From a virus (taxonomy: Duplodnaviria > Caudoviricetes), in the IMG/VR virus record IMGVR_UViG_3300042698_000010, positions 1 to 56,698 of that record: a stretch of 56,698 nucleotides of DNA. One strand, 5' to 3'. The translations under genes and the position numbers were made by a program. Below the pieces are notes generated by a model. The model made no database searches and was not told where the DNA came from. It saw only the letters and a program-made list of their open reading frames with translations. This document shows, piece after piece, positions 43,300-51,031 of the stretch (position 1 is its first letter; the number at the start of each line of letters is the position of its first letter).

Positions 43300-43634
43300 A
43301 CCGGGTCCTCGCTTCCCAGGTTCATCGTCCACCGGTCGGTCTTGACGGCGATGTCCAGGCCGATCTTGCCTTCGCGGTGAAGCTCGTCCGCCAGCTTCAT
43401 GCGAACGGACAGCTCGGCCATGTCGCGGATCATCTCGTGCCCGTCGTACTGATGGGCGGGCACCGACTCACTGGCGTACCAGACACTCACGCCGTCGGTC
43501 GCCTCGGCGATCACCGTTACCAGGTCAAGCCCGGTGGCCAGCTGTGACACCACGGCCAGGTGCTCGGCGGCCAGCTGCTCATCGGCCGGGGCCGCCCCCT
43601 CGGGGGCGGCCTGGCTCTGCTGCTCGCTGCTCAC
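43296..43634 (-). CDS. Hypothetical protein
   Basis: GTGA coupling. Confidence 0.7.
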   Translation of the reverse strand: MSSEQQSQAAPEGAAPADEQLAAEHLAVVSQLATGLDLVTVIAEATDGVSVWYASESVPAHQYDGHEMIRDMAELSVRMKLADELHREGKIGLDIAVKTDRWTMNLGSEDPV

Positions 43635-43801
43635 GACTCGTCCACCGCACCGGCCGGACGGCCGTAGGTGACGTCGCTCTCGCGGACCGGCTGGACCGCG
43701 CTGTAGTCGACCTGGTGCGGCCGGTCGGTGGCGGGCTGCGCCTGGCTGCTCGCGGCCGCCTGCTTGGCCGCCCAGTCCGTGCCCGGCTTGTCGTCGCTCA
43801 T
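43631..43801 (-). CDS. Small hypothetical protein
   Basis: GAGAGGA RBS; promoter TTGCAA-N17-TAGTCT at 43833-43861. Confidence 0.65.
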   Translation of the reverse strand: MSDDKPGTDWAAKQAAASSQAQPATDRPHQVDYSAVQPVRESDVTYGRPAGAVDES

Positions 43802-43900
43802 GGTGCGTTCCTCTCGGTTGGTTGCTGATACAAGACTACAGCCCCCGCCCTCAAGTTGCAAGGCGGGGGCAGGTGGGGTGTCAGCGAAGCTGCCGAAGGC

Positions 43901-44101
43901 TCACGGCGCGTCAATCAGGTTGGCGGCCGAGTCGTGCGCGGCCAGCCAGGTGTTGTTGTAGGCGCTGTCGCCGCTGGGCTGCGGCATGCTGGCGCGGATG
44001 TGGTCGGCCAGCTCACGCCGGATCAGCGCGGTCGAGCACGGCCAGCGATCGTGGCACCAGATGCAGATGCCGTCGTGCTTCGCGTGGTCCATGGCAGCCA
44101 T
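43901..44101 (-). CDS. Small Cys/His protein
   Basis: H...CIWCHDRWPCST Zn-finger-like; RBS GAAGGGGG. Confidence 0.6.
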   Translation of the reverse strand: MAAMDHAKHDGICIWCHDRWPCSTALIRRELADHIRASMPQPSGDSAYNNTWLAAHDSAANLIDAP

Positions 44102-44114
44102 GTCGGCGCCCCCT

Positions 44115-44405
44115 TCAGTCGTTGTCGCGGTTGTAGCGCAGCAGCGCTCGGGCCACGTCGTCCAGCCGCAGCATCACGATGCTGTCGACCAGCTTCGGCA
44201 GCCGGTGCGGCTCGTTGGCCGAGAGCTTGAAGAAGCCCGCCCAGAGGTTCGCCCGGACGACCGGCCCCCGCAGCGCAGCGGCTTCGTCCAGGGTCGTCAG
44301 AGCCCGCGTGGCCTTCGCCACGATGGCGTTGTGCCGGATGTCCCAGGCCGGGATGTTCGCGGCGTGGACGGCGTCCTGAACGGCCGCGGTGATGTAGTCG
44401 CGCAT
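44115..44405 (-). CDS. Hypothetical protein
   Basis: GAGAGGA RBS; promoter TTGCGT-N17-TAGGCT at 44465-44493. Confidence 0.7.
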   Translation of the reverse strand: MRDYITAAVQDAVHAANIPAWDIRHNAIVAKATRALTTLDEAAALRGPVVRANLWAGFFKLSANEPHRLPKLVDSIVMLRLDDVARALLRYNRDND

Positions 44406-44486
44406 CGGGCTTCCTCTCTCGAAGATCTGAGACGTAGTCTCTGTCTCGCGGTTGCTTCGCTGCCAGCCTAGCGGTCCTGCCTCAGA

Positions 44487-44508
44487 AACGCAACACCCCG
44501 CCAGCAAC
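44487..44508. repeat. 22-bp terminator/promoter cassette repeat, copy 1
   Basis: AACGCAACACCCCGCCAGCAAC; also at 48740 and 53968. Confidence 0.85.
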
Positions 44509-44614
44509 CGGGGGGTTTGCTGACGGGGTGCTACGGGCCTCGCGGCCGTGGGGGGTACAAACCACCCTAGAGGGTGACGGGGTGTGCCAGTTACCGCGAC
44601 GCCTTGACGGGCCC

Positions 44615-45625
44615 TCAGTCCAGGCCGAGCACGTCGTTCGGGTGGTACATCGGGACCCCGTCGACCATGGTGTAGGGCAGCCGCCCGCGGTGCTTCAGCG
44701 AGCGGATCGTTCCGGGGGCGCAGCCCTTCAGCGCGGCCGCCTCGGCCGTGGTCAGCAGCTTCACCGTGGGGTCGCTGGTGACGGCCAGCTCGGCCTCGGC
44801 CATGGCGGCGGCCAGCGTATCCTCACGGTCCTGGCTGTGAAGCTGGACGCCGCGGAAGTAGTCGGCGATCGGCGCACGCGAGATGCTGCGGTATCCGCCG
44901 TTGTCCTCGGCCTTGTACGGCCCCTCAGACGCCTCGGGCGCAGCAGCCGGGGTGATGGACCGGGCAGCCGGTGCGGGGGCCACAGCGGGCCGCTCAGGGC
45001 CCGTGGCGGTACCGGCGAGCACGGCGGCCAGGTTGGCGTCCGCGCCCTGGCTGATCCGATAGCGCTGGATCTCACCGAGCTGGACCGAGAGCTGAGCGTC
45101 CGTGGCGGCGAAGCCCTTCGTCAGCCGCCAGACGGCCGCCTTGCTGAGCTTGCGGCCGAGCCCCTTGCCGTTGGCCGCGCGGTTCGCGTGCCAGAGCAGC
45201 AGGCCGCTGCGCCGCTGCTGCTCGATGTCGGTACCCGTCCGGTAGGCGACGACCCGGCGCGCGACGAAGGCGACGCCCTCACCGGCCGCGGTCATCGCCA
45301 GCGGCGTGAACGCCATGACGACCGCCTCGGCCGTGGTCGGGGCCAGCGCGATGCCGACGCCCGAGGCGGCCAGCGGCACCAGCCACATGCCCGCTCGGAC
45401 CGTGGCGGGGGTGTGCTGCCCCATGAGCGTGACGGCCAGCGCGACCAGTGCGCAGATGAGCGTTGCGCCCTCACCGGCGGCCACCAGGCCGAGGGCCGAG
45501 GCGCCGCGGTGAAGCACGTGGTTCATGTTGACGTAGGTGGCGACGGCGCCAGCAATGCCGACGGCGGCCATCGGGGTGGCGGCCAGCGCGAGGACGGCTG
45601 TCTGGCCCTTCGTGAGCTTCAGCAT
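44615..45625 (-). CDS. Spd-like multi-TM membrane protein with a C-terminal HTH_17 domain
   Basis: About 4 TM helices (LVAAGEGATLI, TPLAMTAAGEG), Pro/Ala linker, LLTTAEAAALKGCAPGTIRSLKHRGRL; architecture recalls Streptomyces plasmid spread proteins. Confidence 0.65.
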   Translation of the reverse strand: MLKLTKGQTAVLALAATPMAAVGIAGAVATYVNMNHVLHRGASALGLVAAGEGATLICALVALAVTLMGQHTPATVRAGMWLVPLAASGVGIALAPTTAEAVVMAFTPLAMTAAGEGVAFVARRVVAYRTGTDIEQQRRSGLLLWHANRAANGKGLGRKLSKAAVWRLTKGFAATDAQLSVQLGEIQRYRISQGADANLAAVLAGTATGPERPAVAPAPAARSITPAAAPEASEGPYKAEDNGGYRSISRAPIADYFRGVQLHSQDREDTLAAAMAEAELAVTSDPTVKLLTTAEAAALKGCAPGTIRSLKHRGRLPYTMVDGVPMYHPNDVLGLD

Positions 45626-45642
45626 GATCGTTGCCTCTCGGT

Positions 45643-45834
45643 TCATCGGTGGGTGCGACGCCGGTTGCGTGTGCGTCGCGGTCGGGTGTTGCGGGGGTGC
45701 AGCAGTGCGACGACCAGTGCGACGTTGCACGCGACACCGGTTGCGGTCCACGTCGCATCGGCCGGGGTGGTGGCGATCAGCGCCCAGCTCAGGGCTGCGA
45801 CGGTCCATGCGACGGCGTGCAACGGGCGCTTCAC
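45643..45834 (-). CDS. Small 2-TM membrane protein with a basic tail (Spd-like)
   Basis: RBS AGAGGGG before GTG; promoter-like TTGACA-N17-AACACT at 45909-45937. Confidence 0.6.
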   Translation of the reverse strand: MKRPLHAVAWTVAALSWALIATTPADATWTATGVACNVALVVALLHPRNTRPRRTRNRRRTHR

Positions 45835-46010
45835 GGCGGGCCCCTCTGCGTTGGGGACGGGCGGCCCGGCCTGTCGACATCCGGGCGGCCCGTCGTCTTT
45901 CTACTTCCAGTGTTGCACCAGCGTCGCAGGCTGTCAAGCACGGTGTTGCAAGAGGGCGTTGCACGTTGCGGCCCCTGTTGCAGTGTCGCAACGGGGGCCG
46001 TGGCAGCGTC

Positions 46011-46976
46011 TCAGTCCAGCGGCCGAGCAACCGTGGTGGTGACCGGCCCGGTGACGCCGAGGTGGCGTGCAACGCCTACAGCGGCCCCCTTCAGGCTGCT
46101 GCTGCTGACGCCGAACCCGAGGGTCGTCCAGCGGCCCCGCAGCAGGGCCACGGCCACCTCTGTCCCGTCAGCGTGGATGATGCCGACCGAGTCGCTGTCC
46201 ATCACGATGCGGACCTCGGTCACGGCGGGCGGCTCGGGCTGCTGCGCGGTCAGCGCCGTTGCAGCTGCGGACAGCTGCTCGGGCGTGAACACGATGCCCG
46301 CCGAGCTGAGGGCGGCCGCCAGGACGTCTTCCTCGGCGTCACCGGCGACTCGGGACGGGTCGACCGCCGGTGCCTCGGTGGTGCTGGTGACCGAGACGGC
46401 GGTGCTGTACTCGCGGGTCACGGTGATCCGGACCGTTCCGGCGAAGCCGTCGCTGCGGGCCAGGCCGTCGGCCGCCGCGGTGACCGAGCCGAAGCCGTCG
46501 CGGTGCCACATGGTCTCGGCGTAGGGGTCCTCGGCGTAGAAGCCCCCGTCGCCATCGGCGCCGATCAGGCCCTGGAAGCCGTCCGCGCCGTGGACCAGGG
46601 CAACGCCCTGGGTCTCGCTCTGCATGTCAACGCTCACCTGCCGGGCCTTGACCGGCTCGGCGTCGGGCTGCTGCGCCTCGGGCTTGGCCGGGGCCAGGTA
46701 GTCGCCCTCGCCGGTCGCGGGCTGCATGCTGGCATCCACGCGGTCCTGGTGCGCCAGCTCGGCCGCCTCTTCGGCCGCCAGCAGCTTCAGGCAGCGCTTG
46801 CAGTCGACATCGGCGGTGGTGACGTAGTACCGCTCGCTGGCCCGGTTGCCACCGCACTGCGGGCTGACACCCCAGCCGTCGTACTTGCGGGCGTAGTGGA
46901 CCTTGCCACTGCCGAGCTTCACAGCCACGCGGGTGAAGGTCTGGCCGCTGCGGTCGGTGTCCGTGGTGCCGATCAT
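46011..46976 (-). CDS. Hypothetical protein
   Basis: RBS GAAGGG; promoter TTGCAC-N17-TAGAGT at 47017-47045; KVH...C...VDCKRC Zn-ribbon-like N-terminus. Confidence 0.75.
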   Translation of the reverse strand: MIGTTDTDRSGQTFTRVAVKLGSGKVHYARKYDGWGVSPQCGGNRASERYYVTTADVDCKRCLKLLAAEEAAELAHQDRVDASMQPATGEGDYLAPAKPEAQQPDAEPVKARQVSVDMQSETQGVALVHGADGFQGLIGADGDGGFYAEDPYAETMWHRDGFGSVTAAADGLARSDGFAGTVRITVTREYSTAVSVTSTTEAPAVDPSRVAGDAEEDVLAAALSSAGIVFTPEQLSAAATALTAQQPEPPAVTEVRIVMDSDSVGIIHADGTEVAVALLRGRWTTLGFGVSSSSLKGAAVGVARHLGVTGPVTTTVARPLD

Positions 46977-47135
46977 CGTGTTGCCCTTCGTTCGTTGCTT
47001 CCTGCTGACAGAAGTAACTCTAGCCGGTCCTGCGTTGCAGTGCAACCCCTTCCCAGCAACGTTCTGATCCGCACGGCGGGCGGCATGCGACGGCCCCCGT
47101 TGCAGTGGTGCAACGGGGGCCGTGACCTGCGACGT

Positions 47136-47342
47136 TCAGAGCTCGATGCCGAGGTAGCGCCTCACGTCCTGGCGGACGTTCATCAGGGTCCGGTGGTCGC
47201 TCGGCGACTTCGCCATGGTGATGGACTGGTGGCCGTCTCGGCTCACCCGCCAGTGGCCGCCACCGGTGGGCCGGACGGTACAGCCCCGGCGCTTCAGCTC
47301 TCGCAGGATCTTGTTAATCTCTTTGTTCATGCCGACGCTCAC
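47136..47342 (-). CDS. hicA: HicA-like toxin (dsRBD-fold RNase)
   Basis: ILRELKRRGCTVRPTGGGHWRV...SPSDHR...NVRQDVRR. Confidence 0.7.
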   Translation of the reverse strand: MSVGMNKEINKILRELKRRGCTVRPTGGGHWRVSRDGHQSITMAKSPSDHRTLMNVRQDVRRYLGIEL

Positions 47343-47752
47343 GACGCACGCTCGATCCGCAGCGACTTGACTTCAAGCGCCTTGACCTCGCCCGACGGGC
47401 GGCACTGCTCGATCAGCTCGACCACCAGCAGAGGCGTGCCTTCCAGCTCGGCCACATCCTTGGCGTAGCTGTTCCAGCTGGCCTGGTGCGTGGTCACGTC
47501 GCTGACGCGCAGCTCACCGTTGGGGCCGGGCTTCAGCACCCGGTAGCCGATCAGCTTGGCGCCACGGCAACGCCAGGTGTGGTGGGTCCAGCCAGCCTGG
47601 TCCGTGGCCCCGTTGTAGACGTAGACCAGCTCGGCGTAGAACGGCTGGATCAGGTGGCTGACGTAGTCGGCCTTCATGATCCCGGCGCCGGTGAAGCGGG
47701 CGCGGACTGTGGTGACGGTGAACGGTGTGACCTCGGTCAGCTTGGCGACCAT
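47339..47752 (-). CDS. Hypothetical protein
   Basis: RBS GAAGGGA before ATG 47752. Confidence 0.7.
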   Translation of the reverse strand: MVAKLTEVTPFTVTTVRARFTGAGIMKADYVSHLIQPFYAELVYVYNGATDQAGWTHHTWRCRGAKLIGYRVLKPGPNGELRVSDVTTHQASWNSYAKDVAELEGTPLLVVELIEQCRPSGEVKALEVKSLRIERAS

Positions 47753-47823
47753 GGTGCTTCCCTTCGGGGTAGGGTCCTGCGGGGGATAGGGGCGGCCGCC
47801 GGTTGCGGCCGCCCCGTCGTTCC

Positions 47824-48675
47824 TCAGATGCGGGTCAGCGTGTCCACGAAGGGCCGGTTGCGCGGCATCATCCACTGACCGGGGGTCTCGTCCCAGTTGA
47901 CGCCCACGTAGGCCCGGCCGAAGTTCGGGTGGTCGGTGCTGGTGACGTAGGACACGTCCAGGCCGTTGACGGTCCCGGTGCGCAGGTTGCCCGCGGTGTC
48001 GATGCCGCGGACGGTGGTTCCCTTCGGCCACAGCGCTGCAATGCAGTCCACGAACCGCGCCTTCGACCCGGCGTCCGCGTTGGTCCGCTGGATCCGGCCC
48101 GCCTTCGCCCACGTGGCCACCTCGCTGTCCGCGCTGGCCAGCTTCCGGATGCGGTTCATCAGCGCGGCGGACGCCTCGCGGCTGGCGTAGACCACGTCGG
48201 TGCGCTCGGCCAGGTCCGCCTCGGTGATCGGGTCGGCTTCCATGTTGCGGCGGAAGGCGTCCTCACCCGCGGCGTAGCGGCTGCCGATGCGCTCGGCCAC
48301 GTAGGTGCCGTCGGTGCGGTCCTCGACCGCGAAGCCGTCGCGGGTCTCGACCACCCGGTAGCGCTCGGGCTGCGAGGGCTTCGGCTCGGCGGGCTGCGGG
48401 ACGATGTGGGCCGGGCCACCGGCCTGGCCGGTGAGGACGCGGGTGTCGTTGTTGTCCTTGTCCAGCTGCGCCTTCGCGTCCGCGCCCAGGTCGGTGAGGT
48501 CCGCGTACTCGTGCGGCGCGACCATCAGGCCGAGGCGGTACAGCCGTACGTAGGTCGCCGACTTGGCGTTCCGGGCGTGGTGCACCCGCAGCGTGGTCGG
48601 GCCGCCGTTGACGGTGTGCGTGGTGGCGGTGCGGATGATGTAGGCCTGGATGCCGCTCAGTCGGTTGTAGCTCAT
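47824..48675 (-). CDS. Hypothetical protein
   Basis: GAGAGG RBS; promoter TTGCGT-N17-TAGCTT at 48718-48746. Confidence 0.75.
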   Translation of the reverse strand: MSYNRLSGIQAYIIRTATTHTVNGGPTTLRVHHARNAKSATYVRLYRLGLMVAPHEYADLTDLGADAKAQLDKDNNDTRVLTGQAGGPAHIVPQPAEPKPSQPERYRVVETRDGFAVEDRTDGTYVAERIGSRYAAGEDAFRRNMEADPITEADLAERTDVVYASREASAALMNRIRKLASADSEVATWAKAGRIQRTNADAGSKARFVDCIAALWPKGTTVRGIDTAGNLRTGTVNGLDVSYVTSTDHPNFGRAYVGVNWDETPGQWMMPRNRPFVDTLTRI

Positions 48676-48739
48676 GGTCGTTGCCTCTCGCTTCGTTGCT
48701 TCCTGCTGACAGATCTAAAGCTACACGACTCGGGGCCGC

Positions 48740-48761
48740 AACGCAACACCCCGCCAGCAAC
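48740..48761. repeat. 22-bp terminator/promoter cassette repeat, copy 2
   Basis: AACGCAACACCCCGCCAGCAAC. Confidence 0.85.
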
Positions 48762-48801
48762 GGATGCTGACGGGGTGTTGTTGCACGTCTGACCTGCGGT
48801 G

Positions 48802-49047
48802 TTACGCCTGCTGCGACGGCTCGGGCTGCGCCGTTGCGCTCTGGCACTTGCCGTTGCAGTCCGGGCTGCAACGCTGCGACGCGTCGCGCGACGGCTGCGG
48901 CAGCGCGTTCCAGGAAGCCATGGCGCCCAGGAACGCCAGGGCCAGGACGACCAGCCACACCGCGATCGGCAGGCCGCGGAAGATGCCGAGGACGATCACG
49001 CACCATGCGCCCGTATAGCCCAGCGCGGCGATGTACTTGACGGTCAT
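48802..49047 (-). CDS. Small 2-TM membrane protein
   Basis: Two hydrophobic helices; CSPDCNGKC tail. Confidence 0.65.
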   Translation of the reverse strand: MTVKYIAALGYTGAWCVIVLGIFRGLPIAVWLVVLALAFLGAMASWNALPQPSRDASQRCSPDCNGKCQSATAQPEPSQQA

Positions 49048-49049
49048 GG

Positions 49050-49271
49050 TCAGCCCTTCTTCGACGGGGTGTTCTCTTCCAGCCACAGTTGCCAGCGCCG
49101 GTCGCGCCGCACCTCGGCCAGGTCCTCGGTGATGCACAGCCAGGCCACGCAGAAGTTGACCAGTGACAGGGCCGCGACGGCCCACCAGTTGCCCCATGCG
49201 CCGAACACGATCAGCACCTGAAGCCCGGCCGATGCGGCCGCGGTGACGCCGAGCAGAGTGCGAGCGTTCAT
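49050..49271 (-). CDS. Small 2-TM membrane protein
   Basis: ATGA coupling with the RuvC gene; hydrophobic. Confidence 0.65.
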   Translation of the reverse strand: MNARTLLGVTAAASAGLQVLIVFGAWGNWWAVAALSLVNFCVAWLCITEDLAEVRRDRRWQLWLEENTPSKKG

Positions 49272-49843
49272 GATCCGATTCCTTCCGGCCACTTGACGGC
49301 CAGCAGCGAGTCAAGCCGGGGACGTCCGGCGGTGGGCAGCGGCTGCCCGATGCGGGCGTAGCCCATGGCTGCCAGAGCGTAGGCGTCCGCCATGTCGTAC
49401 TTCCCGTGCGCCACCTTGTGCGCCTTCAGGTCCAGCCCGTGACGCTCGGCCAGGGCTGACACCATCTCTGCCTTGCTGGCCCGGCCGTTGCCCGTGGTGT
49501 AGGCCTTCAGGCTGGTGGGCGCGATCACGGCGAACGGGACGCCCATGCGCCACAGGCGGGTGCGGACCATGAGGCGCAGCCCCGCCAGCTGGTCGACCGC
49601 GTCGCCCTTCGAGCCGTAGGCCGCGCCTTCGATGCAAACCAGGTCGGCGCGCTTGCCCTCGGGCTGCCCGTCCGTCCACTGCGTGGGCGACAGGACGAAC
49701 ATCACGCACTGCCGCGTGAGGCGGTCAAGGCGGGCTTCCAGCCTCTCGTCCGCGGACGTCTGGAAGACGTGCACCGACTGGCCGTCGCTGACGCCGGTGG
49801 ACGTCAGCGACAGGTCCAGCCCTACAACGCGCAGCGGCCTCAC
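49268..49843 (-). CDS. ruvC: RuvC-like Holliday junction resolvase
   Basis: VVGLDLSLTSTG, VCIEG, PTSLKAYTTGNGRASK, DMADA. Confidence 0.88.
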   Translation of the reverse strand: MRPLRVVGLDLSLTSTGVSDGQSVHVFQTSADERLEARLDRLTRQCVMFVLSPTQWTDGQPEGKRADLVCIEGAAYGSKGDAVDQLAGLRLMVRTRLWRMGVPFAVIAPTSLKAYTTGNGRASKAEMVSALAERHGLDLKAHKVAHGKYDMADAYALAAMGYARIGQPLPTAGRPRLDSLLAVKWPEGIGS

Positions 49844-50277
49844 TGGTTCACCCGCCGGATCTGGTTCAGGTTCCCGGTCACCTGGTACGCGTCGGCCACG
49901 GACATGTCCACGCTGACGTGCCAGTCCATCCGGCGCCCGAGCATGTACGGGTGGATGGTCCAGGACCAGCCCGCGTCCAGCGCTGCGCGCACGTCGTCAT
50001 CGGACGGGTCACCCGCTGCGCCCAGCTCGGACAGCGTCAGGCAGGAAGCCGAGGCGCGGTCGTAGAGGGTGCCCGCGGTGTGGTCCGAGGGGACGCCCAG
50101 CGACACCATGGTCTCGGCGTCACGGATGTCCGCGAAGGCCACGCTCACGTCACCGTCGCTGGCGACGTAGCAGCCCAGATGATTGATGCCGAGACCTTCC
50201 AGCGTGATGGCCAGTTCCTCGGCCGCCACGGTGGCCAGTGACTCGGCACTGGTCCAGTCGTTGTCCGTCATGTCCAT
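49840..50277 (-). CDS. Hypothetical protein
   Basis: RBS GAAGGA; coupled to the RuvC gene. Confidence 0.7.
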   Translation of the reverse strand: MDMTDNDWTSAESLATVAAEELAITLEGLGINHLGCYVASDGDVSVAFADIRDAETMVSLGVPSDHTAGTLYDRASASCLTLSELGAAGDPSDDDVRAALDAGWSWTIHPYMLGRRMDWHVSVDMSVADAYQVTGNLNQIRRVNQ

Positions 50278-50319
50278 GTTCCCGTCCTTCGGTGATCGCG
50301 GTTGTCGCTGCTGCTGGTG

Positions 50320-50946
50320 CTACTCGGCCGCGGGCTTGCGACGGCGGCGCGCTGGCTTGCCACCGCTGTACTGATTGCGGCTGGCCTCGCGGTGCATCGG
50401 CTGGACGCCCGCCTTGCGCGCGATGCGCAGCACGTGGTTGCGGTCGACGTTGACGGCGGCCGCGATGGCCGACGGGCCGAGGATCTTGCTCGCGTAGACC
50501 ATGGCCACGGTACGGTCGCGCTCGGCGCGGGCGGTCTTGACCGCCTTGGCCGCCTCGGCCTGCGCCTTGTTGGCCGAGGCCAGCGCGGCCTTCGTCTCGG
50601 CCACGAGCTTCTCGTCCAGGGACCGGCCAGAGCTGACGCGGGTCTGCTTGCCCGTGGTCGTGTCGCCGAAGGCGGACCACGTGCTGTCGATGTAGTTGCG
50701 GTCACGGCCGATCGCCGCCGCCATGGCGTCGACGGACAGGACGCCGGTCGGGCGCACGCGCACGATGGTCTCGCGAAGAGCGTCGATAGCGTCTTCCGAA
50801 GAGGTGACCGCGGCGTCCAGCGCCTCGCGCACCTGGCGCAGCGCGGCGATGGCGGTTGCCTGGTCGGCCAGTACGGACTTGTTGGCCGCGGCCAGGCCGG
50901 GGCTCTCGGCTTCGGTCCTCATGGTGGCATTCATGGTCCTGTCCAT
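50320..50946 (-). CDS. Tandem-HTH DNA-binding protein
   Basis: Two repeats LSVDAMAAAIGRDRNYI and LGPSAIAAAVNVDRNHV, each after a coiled coil; exact start uncertain. Confidence 0.6.
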   Translation of the reverse strand: MDRTMNATMRTEAESPGLAAANKSVLADQATAIAALRQVREALDAAVTSSEDAIDALRETIVRVRPTGVLSVDAMAAAIGRDRNYIDSTWSAFGDTTTGKQTRVSSGRSLDEKLVAETKAALASANKAQAEAAKAVKTARAERDRTVAMVYASKILGPSAIAAAVNVDRNHVLRIARKAGVQPMHREASRNQYSGGKPARRRRKPAAE

Positions 50947-51031
50947 TCTGGTCGATGTTGCTTCGTCGGTCCATACTGGCATAGGTGAGGGCCGGATGCA
51001 ACAGTGCATCCGGCCCAGTCACAGCCCCTGA

